From assembly GCA_050084515.1 (NCBI GenBank), contig CM114271.1, positions 4,898,001 through 4,962,000 of the forward strand: DNA of 64,000 bases, written 5' to 3'. The notes below the pieces were generated by a model. It ran no database searches, was not told the DNA's origin, and was given only the letters and a program-made list of their open reading frames with translations. A program made the translations under genes and the position numbers. Of the stretch, positions 52,570-64,000 are shown piece by piece. This DNA is from Blasia pusilla (Eukaryota). Every line of letters begins with the position of its first letter. Position 1 is the first letter of the stretch.

Positions 52570-55500
52570 ATCAAGTACAGGCAAAAGACCAGAATGGATA
52601 ACCTGAACAAATGTCGATCGCACCTTAATAACTGCAAACCTCAACCCCAACTCGCTCATGACAAGAAAATCCTCCTATTATCAAGTTGTACCCCTCTGGT
52701 ACTGAAGATACTCAAATCTCCTCATTATGCGGTGCGGATCCAACGGTACAATGCCGCACTGACGGCACGGAACGGCTACAGAACGGCATGACACTCGATA
52801 ACGGGATGCGGCACTCCGAAAAATACCCTCCTCAATCAGAAATACACATGCTCTACACTTTAATGAAGGAGAGGCTCCATGATCGAGATAGTGCGATGCG
52901 GCCATGAGTAGCACGATACGACAATCGGTGATGCGTTGCGACTACGGGCATCACGACACAATACTCAATCATCGTCGAGTGGCTACCAATCACAACATAG
53001 AAGAATGAAATGAAAAATCAAATACCATCAACCCAAGGTCACCAGCCATCAGTGGTTGATGACGAAACTGCGATGACCGCCACGGCCAAAATAAAGTACG
53101 TGGTGGCGGCGCAAATCAGAGAATCAATGGTTATCGTGGAAGACCATCCATTCCATAATGGCGGAAATGGAAACCAACGGTGGACAACGGCCGAACGCGG
53201 CTCTAAGCGGCGCTAGGCGGCGGCGGCGGCCGACGGATAGAAATATTGGACTGTTGATGGTGATTATGACAGCGACGGCCACCGCCGACACGACTTTCTT
53301 TCAAGCAAATTGGACCTTGACGTCCGAGGAACTCCTCGGGGAGCTTCATTCCTCGACTGCAACAGCCAAGTTTCGAAGAAAGGGTCTTTGATATCGAGCT
53401 CAGCCACAACAATGAATGTCGGATGACTGGCAAGCAACTTATATGCTCCCGGCCGCTCCAGAGTACGAGTATGACACCGAATTTCTGGTAAAGCACAAAG
53501 ATTTGTTGGCACTCGGTTGTGTAACGTCTGATTGCCTTGGCAGGAATGGCTACAAGGCTACTTCGCTATCACCGCCATTGTTTGGACAGTTTTGCAAGCA
53601 TGTGATGACTTTGTTTTATCCTGCTCGTTCTTACTACCTCACAAATAAGCTCGTCAAGATGTGCTATATCCTTTGGAATCAGCACATGGACCCCAAAGCA
53701 CCGGGAGTCGACTTCGCTTCTTTTGTGGATGGGCACGTACGCGCAATGCTAGAAGCACTTCATCGGAGCACGAAGTCATTCCTGTCTCCTTTAATCCATT
53801 TGTATATTCATAAGCAGGAATTGACGGCCGACGAGGCGCTAGATTGGTCGCAAGTCACTCCCGTCCGCTTGCCAAGAAAGAGCGGAACGGTCACTATTGG
53901 GAGCCGCGGAGTCACCCCGCCACGCGAAGCAGCCCCAAAGCAACATCCACATACTTCGGCTTCAAGGAAGGCCGGGGAGTTCACCAAATTGCCAAGACCA
54001 AAGCGCGGCAGGGTCAATTTCAAAACACCCTCAGAACTAGAACCCGCAACTCATGAGGACTCCGACGAGACGCCTCGTGCTAGCGATCACCATCCTGCTC
54101 TTCGTCTCATGTCCCAGATAGCCAACGACATGGTGTGGTTCCTGAATTTGGCTGTCCCAGTCATGAATCAACTTCAACATGTTCTCCACCAGGAAGACAC
54201 AACGGCAGTGGACGAGTATTTACAAGGCCTTGATGACCTCAACTGTAGGGCCCAATCTTTGTCAGAGAACGAAGCAAAGTGGCGGAAGCAAATCTTCAGC
54301 TGCGGGATCAAGAACTCGAAGACACTAAGACGACGCTTCGCAAAGTTCAAAGCGACTTGGTCTAGAGTCAGCACGAAGCACAAAACGCACGCCAATGGGA
54401 GAGCTTGGCGATTAACCTAGAGTGTGGCGCTGATCAGTTAGCTTTGCAGGTCAAGGAAGCTTCGCAATTGATTCAACAATATTGACACCAAATGCATCGT
54501 ATTAGCAACGAATTCAAGAAATTGGCGACACAACATGCTCAGTCTTCAAAGTTGCTTCAAGAACACCAAGAAACAAACAAAGACTTAGTGGCGCAGAGGT
54601 CGGAGGCTACAGGGAGGATTGTTGTCTTGGAGGCAGAACAGAAGCTGTTCAATGAAGTGCAGTTAGACCCGAAAGATGTCAAGGAGTTAGTCGATGAAGC
54701 AGGCAAGACTCTCGATCATCAGATGAGAGAGGAGATTGACTATGTCAACAAACATTGGAAGCGCCAATTTGACAACCATACGAAGTCTCTCACGGAAGTT
54801 GTTCCCAACCTCTCGATTACTCTTGAAGAAATACCACTATTTACTCCATCCGATGTCTTAGTCCAGAATGAAGTATTAGGAAGTTCGCTAGTTGTTAATC
54901 ACACCCCCAACATTATCAACAAACCTTCTACTATTCACGGTCATTTTGCGCCTACACCTGAGTTTGATAGTTTAGATGATACTTTTATGGAGTTAGAAGA
55001 AACATCCTAAAGTGTTCACCGGGGCGGCTCACATTTGAGGGAGGAGGTATGTGATACCCACAATTTTGCACTTTTGAAGAAATACATCTTTTTATTCAAC
55101 GAAGACTTGTATATATATTATGATTTTGATTATTATATATTACTATGGGGAGGAATGAGTAAGATTAAAGTGAATTACAAAGCTCCAAGGACAAGGCAGA
55201 GAGATAGAAAATCAAGGATTTGCCTAAGAGGAGAGGAGAATAAAATAACGAAATCTCAAGACCCAGCAAGAAGCTTCGAAATGACAACGAAGCCCTGCAA
55301 AGCCCTGTGAAGCTCTGTTAAGGTCTGGCTATGAAGTGCTTCGCTCTATAATGAAGTATAACGAAGTATAATGAAGCGTAAGAGAAAGAAGTACTTCGCT
55401 CTTGAATGAAGCACCTGGAACAAGAACAAAGAATGGAGCGCGTCTTGGATCGGAGAAAGAGCTTCATCCTCAAGCGAAGCAAAAAGAGGTCAGACTTAGC

Positions 55501-56270
55501 ATGAGCGAAGCTAAGATTGACAAAGTGATTTCAAGCGACACATAGTTAGAACAGTTAGAATAGGAAAAGACGCAACCCTTTGTATCAGATTGGTAGTTAT
55601 GACAGTTTTTTTCTGCGGATTCCCAGGGATCATAGGAAAAGCAAAGAGTACCATAGATCTAGGTAGTTACAAATGTTGAAGAGACACCAGCTTCATAAAA
55701 AATGCTTTGAATCTTTGGATCACTCTTCCTTTAGAGAGTATTTAAGAAGCGTAGAAGTAGCTATCATTATCATTCTCTTACGAAGTCCTCATGCTGTATG
55801 GTCCGAGCAAGGGAGTAGTACCCTCTCGAGCTTGTATACACTTTGAAGCTTTCTCATTCTTGATGGAGTAGTAAAGCAATCATTCATTCATTCAGATGTG
55901 CGATGCTTATGTCTGAATATTCTTTTTGGGTCTGCAGAGTGAAGAGTGAATCAGGCGAACCTTTCTCATGAATGGAATAATCAACATAAAGTTGTAGGAA
56001 ATCTATTTGACAGAGAGTAGCCTGCCGAGACGGATTGAGTTCCAAAACTAGGAGAAGCCAACTTTCATGTTGAGGTCTCTGTGAGGTTTCTTGATATCGA
56101 GGGAAATCAGCATGAGCATGCTGTCAACTCCACTAGAGAGAATTGAGAAAAGAAAATTTGGTACTAAGAAAGATCCGAATATATTGATAAGATATTGAAT
56201 ATAAATCATACACATTTAAATACAACTATTACAACAGAATTGTAATTTCGAACTCTCTTTTCATCAAACA
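52570..56270 (+). mobile_element. 3' part of an LTR retrotransposon (Tat/Athila-like layout): accessory ORF, PPT and 3' LTR (55050-56270)
   Basis: PPT GAGGGAGGAGG at 55037-55047, 2 nt before TGTGATACC; LTR ends CATCAAACA. Long ORFs lie just upstream. Left boundary approximate. Confidence 0.75.
53416..55010 (+). pseudogene. Retrotransposon accessory ORF of unknown function (frameshifted; C-terminal coiled-coil)
   Basis: ORFs of 334 aa and 172 aa, probably once a single frame. The second is E/K/Q/L-rich and stops 27 bp before the PPT. Confidence 0.6.
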
Positions 56271-57180
56271 ATGATTCTCTTGGGGATCGAACTTAGTAAA
56301 CGACTGTAAAATAGAAACTCTTGTACAATACAATACTCATGGACTAGTCGTGAGACATGGTGTAATGAGAGTCTATGTATCGTCTTATCCCTCTCAACAT
56401 AAAAGTATATATGTTCTCGTACTCCGACCTACAACACTCCAACCAAAGTAGTACTAATCCCTCCAAAGAGATCTAGTATCCGTACACCTTCCTCGGGATA
56501 CTGCCACACAATTGGTGTGGTGTCCAAAGGTGCCAACATCTTCACTCCTAGGGCATGCGGTAACTTTGTGACATCTCACTTTCAAGCATAGTCTTGTTTC
56601 CATGCCTGCCCCATGAGCTTGTTTGCACTCCTCTGTATATCAATGCTCATTCCCCATAGAGCACAAGAAGAAGTATCGCCAAAAGATCTAGTCATGCTTG
56701 CCATCGCATGAGCGTCGCATGCCATTTCTCAAGACTATCCTATACAAGAATATCCTCTACATGGGCGTTCCCATGCAATGAATTTCCATGCCAACATAAT
56801 CTGCCACAATAATTGCAACAGTTGTGGTCGGCTTTGGGAGTGAACCATCAAGTCTCCCTGCACACCGCACGAGTAGCTGATTGGCTCATCCCTCACTTGA
56901 TTTCTAACCTCGTTGATATGAGGCTGTCTCCTCCCAAAAGTCAAGTGTAAATCCTAGGGGATACAATGAGGTATTCCCTACCAAAACATCGTAGGACTCG
57001 GTCGGCATCACCATTGCTTGGGTCCACACCATTGCACTATTAGTAGGATGATAGGGTCGGATCCTCACTACAACCTCATCGTGAGGTATGTACTATGTTG
57101 GGGATGTGCCTCTTAGTGGAGTCTGAATGTGAGACGGACATGGAGAGATCTCACGTTTCCGCAATCCCATCACTATATAT
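56271..57180 (-). mobile_element. DNMT-gypsy copy 3 fragment (protease end, linker, MTase N-terminus)
   Basis: YDVLVG..LYPLGFTLDFWEETASY matches 6490-6566; PIVWQYPEEGVRILDLFGGIST (motif I at 56453-56479); LSLHHVSRL. Confidence 0.85.
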
Positions 57181-57914
57181 TTCGCCTTCCTCCACATAAG
57201 GGATTGAGCTCCTAAATCAAGAAGAACACGCTGCGAGCGATACACGACTCAAGACGGATCAACCAAATGGAAAACTCCATCTTGGTTGTCAAGACAAAAA
57301 ATCCTGAGGAGACGATAACTTCATGATATGTTTTTAATAATAAAAGAAACTATCAATCAATAAGTTGATCTAGTTGTGTATCACGATGGCTTTCATCTAT
57401 TGGATTATGTGGTAGATCTCCATCCTAAATGTTTTGTCTTTATATGTCTCACTTTGCATACAAAAGATTCCATGACCAATAAAACAACATAAATCAAAGA
57501 GTTGAGTTATGCATTGAGACATGTTACGGATGGATTCAAGCCTTTTGCATTGGAAGTATTTAGGCACTTACATGTGTCTATTTATACTTTCCTCAAACAT
57601 ATGCTCATCATTTCCTCTAGAATCACCAAATCAATCTTCTTTATAATCCTATCTTGTTTATTACTAGTTATCATCAATAATTACACAATCTCGGTGACAT
57701 TACAATGTATATAAGCATTGGAATGCCACCAAGACACATTGTAATGGGTAAGAGGTTGGTTATCACCTCTTCCTCCGAAATCTTAGATTATTCTTTCCTC
57801 TTGTTTTATATTGTTTATCTCCATCTCTTCATGGATGGTACAACCAAAGGTGGATAGACAAATATGGACTCTCTCGTTCTTCCTACTATTCATCCCTCAA
57901 GAGAGGGATCGAGA

Positions 57915-58095
57915 ATTTCCACAATTTTTGAGGAAGACAGGGTTTTTGGAAGGTAAATTCATTCATAATATCTCCTAAGCAATTTTTACAGGAAGAGAGG
58001 ATTTTTGGAAGGTAAGTCTGTTCATAACATCTCCTATGCAACTTTTTGAGGAAGAGAGGGATTTTAGAAGGTCATTTGTTCCTAATATCTCATAT
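57915..58095. repeat. Three ~60-bp tandem units
   Basis: TTTT..GGAAGA.AGG..TTTT.GAAGGT...TTCATAA.ATCTC repeated. Confidence 0.75.
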
Positions 58096-58568
58096 TCCCT
58101 AAAAATCGCTCAGCAATGGAAATTTTGCAAGATCAACCATAACTTTTTGCTCACAACTTTAAGATCTATGACGATGTTTAATTACTTTTTTCATTCAACT
58201 TTCCCACAAAAATTGACGGGTACTATCATGCAACCCTTCAAATTTGCACTCCTAGGATAAAATCGGCAGCGCTTCCGCGCTACTTTCTTCCACACAAAAC
58301 TTCAGACCTATAAAATCATAAACCAACAAGCTACTTGGTGAGCACTGGCATGGGGAAATCCGCCCCCAAAATTCATCTCTAAAGAAATTTGGGAAGCGCT
58401 TCTGTGCGCCACTTTTCCAAACAAAAAAATCGGAAATGGAAACAACAAAAAAAGTAGCGCTTGCTCCGGTGAGCACTCCCATGAGCCGCTAAATGGGGAA
58501 CACGGTCCCCAACCTGCAACAACAGCGAGCTCCTCCATTGAAGCTCTCTCACCCTCTCATTCTCTCTT

Positions 58569-59087
58569 TGTAAAATAAGGTCAAATCTCTCAAAACACCA
58601 TAGGTCTCATATGTGTGCACTCTCACATATCTCTCTCAATGTCAAACCAAACCCACTCTCCTAATGAGAGGCTTGGGTTACACTCACAAGGCAAGGGATG
58701 ATAGCTCCGCCGCCTCGTGCCAAGAGGTTCAACATAGAGAGAATGAGCTCTCAAGCTCTCTCTCCTAGAGGTATACTCGGCCCCTTCCCTCTCCCATGCT
58801 CTCTCCTCGGTAACCTATGCTTGCAGGTCACCTCCTTGGCTCTTGGCCTACTGTAGCGGGTCAAGGGCCACTTCCCAAAGTGGAAAGTCAACTATATTCC
58901 AAATGGAAATTTACCCGAAATAATAATTTTCTCTTTATGGCTCCAAATGAGCCGAAACAAAGGGGAAGCCTGTTCTCTCAAGTTACCCGTGGCCTCAGAA
59001 GGTCATCCTTGACCTCCTAAGGTTGTCCTCCGGTATCTCTGAAAGCGCTCTATTAGATCTCGCCGATCTATCCTCAAAGTCGTGACA
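58569..59087. mobile_element. Solo LTR (~520 bp)
   Basis: TGTAAAA...GTGACA termini; second copy at 43367-44578. No adjacent PBS or PPT; TSD not clean. Confidence 0.8.
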
Positions 59088-60099
59088 TCTCCATAAAGAA
59101 AAATAAAACCTATATTTTTGTATTATCGGATTGTAATAGACTTGTTTGCAAATATGATATGTTCCTCTATTTGAAATTTTTTTGTATTGTCATATTCTCA
59201 AGTCAAGCAACGTAGATCATGGAAAAGTAAAAAATTATCTCTAGAGAAAGTAATGAATCCCACAAATTTTGTTTTATTTTCATATTATTTTCCTTGTGTT
59301 ATTTTCCTTACAGTAGAGTCTTTCACTTTCATCTCAATTGAGGATTGGGCATGATGAATTTGGGTCATATAATAGGGCACATCAAAATATGGCTTTAAGG
59401 CTGGACGTCTACTTTTGTAACTTTTTTTACGTCTGATATCCGTACTCTGGAGTGGGGTGATGCAAGAGGTGGATACGCACCCCTAATGTCCCCTACCGCC
59501 ATGGGATGTCTCGCAATGTCATTGATTTTCTTGGCTCTGTTTGACTCTAACCCCGCTTGACTTGTATAAATAATGCTCGATGCTACCCCCGAACACGCAT
59601 TTTCTTGGCCTAGCTTGGTGACTTTTTGCTGCTCAATCCGCTATTGAGTGCACACTTGTGAATCCATTGCACACTCAACTTGCTGCCCTTTCCACACTCG
59701 TTGTTGCTTTGCTTGTGTATGGAATTTTCAATTATTTCTATGAATTCTTGCTGCTCAATTTGCTGATGAATACTTGTTGCTGTTGTTGATTTCTTGGCCC
59801 GCTCTACTTGCTTTCTTGCCTCACTTTGGATGAAATTATCTCATGCAAAATTTTTATTGTTGAATGGGTTGCTTTGATTTGGCTTGTTGAACCTGCTACC
59901 CAAGCTAGGTGTTGCCTTACTTTGACTTGCTATGTAGGAAAAAATTTTCTAGTAAGAATTTCTTTTGAAATCTTGCTTTTCAATCTGCTTCTCATTACTC
60001 CATCCGCAAAGCAAGTAAGTAATTCCACCACCCCCCCCAAATCTTCTTTTCACTTGGAAAAAATTTCAAATTACTTTTTTTTGAGTTCATAGATAGGTG

Positions 60100-61475
60100 A
60101 GACTACAAAATTTTGAAAATTTATGTTCATTTAATTTCAGAAACCTGCATGTTTCAAGAAATATAAGGGGATTTTAGGATTATTTCTTCAAATGAGCGGG
60201 TTTCCTTTCTTGTTTCTTTTGCTTCTATAGGTCTCTCTAGTCATCGTTTCTTTCAATGCCTTCATTTTTTTTCATCAAAAGAGGAGCAACAAGGAATTGT
60301 GGCAATTCAAAATCAGTACATAAATTTCTTGTGTCTAATCTCCTTAGTCCATGGCACGCATGAAAGCTCTATTAATGTATTCATTTGTAGTTTTTGTGCT
60401 CATTGGATCCAATAAAGATAGCCACTGATGCCTCTATATATTGCAAGTGACCATGCGTAGACAATCCAAGAGGCAAGATCTTCTTTGAACCGCCGAAAGC
60501 CTCATAGAAATAGAGATCCTCTTCAAAGATAGCTTAGAACTTGAATCCACAAAAAGGATTCATGAAGAGTATAGACTTTGTAGAAAATTACTTCCATGAC
60601 CTACCTCCCAAGAGCTTGCGCCAATTAACTTGCATGAGCATGGAGTAATTTACTTGGTTGGTTCAATTGATACAAGATCATCTTATATTCAAATCCCAAT
60701 CAAGTAGGAAACAACTACAAACTACAAGTTTCAATCCAGTTGGTAGTAGCATTAGATAGATTTGGGCATAATAACAACAAGTTTCTTTAGCACATTCTTT
60801 GTTGTTGAAGGTAGTGTCCCAAGGCTCTATGATCAACTTTACACAACGTTGCATGACAACATTGGAAGATAGGTTAGGAAATCAAGTCCAATGGTCTGAT
60901 GAGGGGGAGCGCAAGCGCATCTTTGCTGAATTTTCTAAGAAATGATTTCCTCGATGTAAGGGTCTTATTGATGGGACCTTGTTACCATTGAGCCACCGAC
61001 CAAAGTATAGCAATGAGACTTATTTTGATCAGAAGTTGCTATACTCAATCAATGCTCAAGTCGTTTGCAATGATTGAAGAAAATTAATATTCATTGTTAC
61101 TGATGAGTTCATATTGTCTAAATAAAGTCAAGTAGGTTATTTTGAGAGTCTGGATACCTATTTCATTTTGGCCATTAATTTAATCTCTGCTCTTGGTGTC
61201 AGGATCATGCCACAACTTTACATGCTTTAAGCAATTGCCATTGTGGTCCTCTGCTAGTCAATGAAGATCAGTATTCATTTGGTGACAATGGCTATTCACC
61301 ACTTCCACACCTTGTTCCATTTCTCAAAGGCTCTCAAGATAAGGATAAAGAAGACTTTAATACATACCTTCCAAATTCAAAGGTTGTCAATGAACACTAC
61401 ATTGGAGTGTTGAAATCAAGGTGGGATTCATTTCAAGAATTGAGGACTCAATTGAAGAGCAATACTAGTAATAAG
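60100..61475 (+). pseudogene. PIF/Harbinger (HARBI1-like) transposase pseudogene
   Basis: FPRCKGLIDGTLLPL, YSINAQVVCND, FGDNGYSP, FN..SKVVNEHYIGVLKSRW; stops and frameshifts; cut off at 61476. Confidence 0.88.
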
Positions 61476-62880
61476 CAAGGTTGCACACGGAAAAAATCCG
61501 TTTCCGTGGACTTATGTCCATGTCTGTGCAGGATTGGGTACGCACCACTTGCACTTGAGCCCGCCCACTCGTAACGTAGATCAAGGATCAAACAGCTTGG
61601 ATGTAGTCTAAGAACTCCTCGCCCATTTTGTAGCCCGCACTTGCCCACCCTAGACCCGCAGCAGGCCCACATGGTGGGCTTTGGCCCATGCAGGCCACGC
61701 GGCCAGGCCCAATAAGGCCTCGTGGGCCGATGCAGGCTACTTAGGGGCCCAGTTTTGCGCACTTCCCACACTCTGAGCCTGCACCCATTCCCACGTCTCG
61801 AGCCCACATGGGCCATTGGGATACCAAGAAACACGGGCAAGAGATCCGTTCGACATGTCTATTTTCGGGCAACCATTGTAACATCCTAACAAGAACTTGG
61901 TAAGGTAGATCACATATTGTGCTTTGTTGCCTAACTACGTTTTGTACCAAATTGATTTCCTGACAGATAAGGATGGGGTCATTATATGGGATGGTCTAGA
62001 ATCCGGATGAGTCCTCCTCGGTGAGCCAAGCCCTCACTAGAAACAATTTGAGATGAAGGGGACTTTCTCATAGATTACAGGTGCAAGAGACATGTCTAAG
62101 CTTCAACCTAAAACATGGGGGATTTCTTTGTAGGGTAGGGGATTGACATAGGTTTACATGTGTCTTGCACTTCTCATGATGTAATGAGATGAATGTAACC
62201 TATTGCAAATATGAAAATTATAATGAAATGAATCCATTTTCTTTGTATATGTCTCTGACATGCATGTTTCACTTAACTTTTGTATGCTTTTTTTGACATA
62301 CAAAATATGCCATGAAAATGTTTCTTTTTAATTTGCCTAATTTTTCTTCTTCGGATTTTTCTCCTCTTGGTTGCCCAAAGGATGAAGTGGTGTTTCATTG
62401 TGGTTGAACACATAAGAGCCTCAAATCATTTCTTGTTCTATATGTCTTGTTGTACTTCATATAACAACTTGATGTGAGCCGACTCGTAGGTGCCATGTTT
62501 GTTGATAGTTACTCAGGTCTCTATTTTGAGAGAAGTTATCCTGTAAATCATGGGGATGGAAGGAGTTTAGATTCATCTAGTGTGACTAAATTATTGAGGT
62601 TTAGAAATGTAACTTCTGATAAGAGCAGCATTTTTTAGGGACCTTATACCTAACTTCCTAACATTTACCTTCCCCCCTTGAAGTCTAAACCTATTCTTCC
62701 TTCAATTTCAGTTGGATAGTGTATCTTGAGAAGCAAGAACAAAAAGGTGAAGGGGCATTATATTCAGAGAAAGACAACCTCATGAATGCCTTAAGATCAT
62801 AAAGTCTGCAAGAGCAATCTCTAAGGGTTGGGGAGCTAAAAGTGGTGGAACTTTGTACAGAAACGGATTTTTTGAAGGTT
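61476..62880. mobile_element. Insertion with a hAT-like terminus truncating the Harbinger transposase
   Basis: Starts CAAGGTTGCACACGG with GGACTT..GTCCATGTC motifs, like the 46065 MITE. AAAAAATCCGTTTC recurs inverted at ~62859-62873. Right boundary uncertain. Confidence 0.45.
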
Positions 62881-64000
62881 TTTCCCTCTTCTTTTATTGC
62901 CTAAAACCTTGAACTAGCACCTTGGATATATGGTTTTCTCAAAAGCTTCACACAGTAACTACAAAGTGACTTTGTTTATTTTTCTTCCTTTCTATTATTT
63001 CTAACATTAGTGGATACAAAAGCTTGCCACAGTTTAAATTCATTCATTTTTAGTTTCATGTTAGCGTTTATTTTTTTGTATTACTAATTCTACTTGATTA
63101 CTCATACTCTTGTGGTATTGGCTTGATCTTGAGTTGCTACCTTGCTCATGTTTTTTTCTTCTTGCTTACCTCCTCAGGATTGAACGTGTTTCTTATGATG
63201 AACTTCCAACCTATGAATACGTGTTCTCTTTCTCTCGGAGGTTGGAAGTTCATTTCTTGATGATTCTCCTTAGTTTGGATAACTTATTGCTTTCTTATAA
63301 CATACACCTTCAAATGTTCTACATCTACATCAAAAGTAACTTAAGATTGTGATGGCGATTCACCCTCTGCTCCATAAAATTTTTTTTGATCTCCTTCCCA
63401 TGTTTCATCAAAAAATATATAGATTATATCTTACAAAACCACAATCAATTGAAACGAGAGTTTTTTTTCATTTATTCTGTCTCTTCTTCTAATTTTCTAA
63501 GGCACGTTGGTCTTTGAGCATCCACTAGCACCCTCAGACTATTTTTCAATTCAGTTACCTAGATTCACCTTCCAAAATCTATCACTCACACTAATAAGTA
63601 GTGAGCACTTGCAGAAAGAGAGAGTCTCCCTTTTCCCACGTGGTACTTTCTTGCTTCGATCCTTTGCACCCATACAAGTCTAAAAAATAAGGCTACATAA
63701 TAAGTAAATAATGTGAGGCTACATTGGATTTTGTTTATTATGTAGCCATCGACCAACAATAAGTAGATTTTGGTGAAGTTGATTCCTTGAAAAGAAGGCT
63801 TGGAATCAACATATTTGGTTTCATAGCCCAAACCAAAGCCCCATATGAGACCAAGGCCCACTCCACAACCCTAACCTACCCAACATCAAAGCAACCGTTA
63901 GTCAGGGGTAAAAATACTTCCAACAACATAATCAAAAAGTCTAATTTAGGCCAAGGTGTGACTGATCAAGTAGAAATTTACCAACCCTACAGAGCAAGCA

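Noticed and set aside
43365-59087. One 15.7-kb LTR element bounded by the two ~520-bp LTR copies, with TCTCC on both outer flanks as a TSD
   Set aside because: No PBS or PPT next to either LTR, the left copy lacks TG, and the left TCTCC is part of the duplicated gypsy terminus. The interior is a mix of unrelated elements. Independent LTRs are more likely.
62300-64000. Possible hAT transposase remnant on the minus strand
   Set aside because: Only vague similarity; no catalytic motifs readable.

Overview
Eukaryotic, TE-dense window. It is most likely from a land plant, and the TE content suggests a non-seed plant, but this is inference. Only one intact host gene is supportable: a 4-exon papain-like (C1A) cysteine protease at 30775-34141. 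The rest is nested, mostly decayed transposons: Ty3/gypsy elements and solo LTRs, a split MULE, a P-element/THAP9-like transposase, Helitrons, LINE 3' fragments, a hAT-like MITE and a PIF/Harbinger transposase. The standout is a gypsy family whose pol carries a C5-cytosine DNA methyltransferase domain (motifs I, IV, VI, VIII, IX and X readable by hand, DNMT3-like in motif VIII) between protease and RT, plus a PHD finger after the integrase. One near-complete degenerate copy lies at ~44580-52300 (-), and three further fragments of the family occur in the window. All translations and alignments were done by eye, so element boundaries are approximate.
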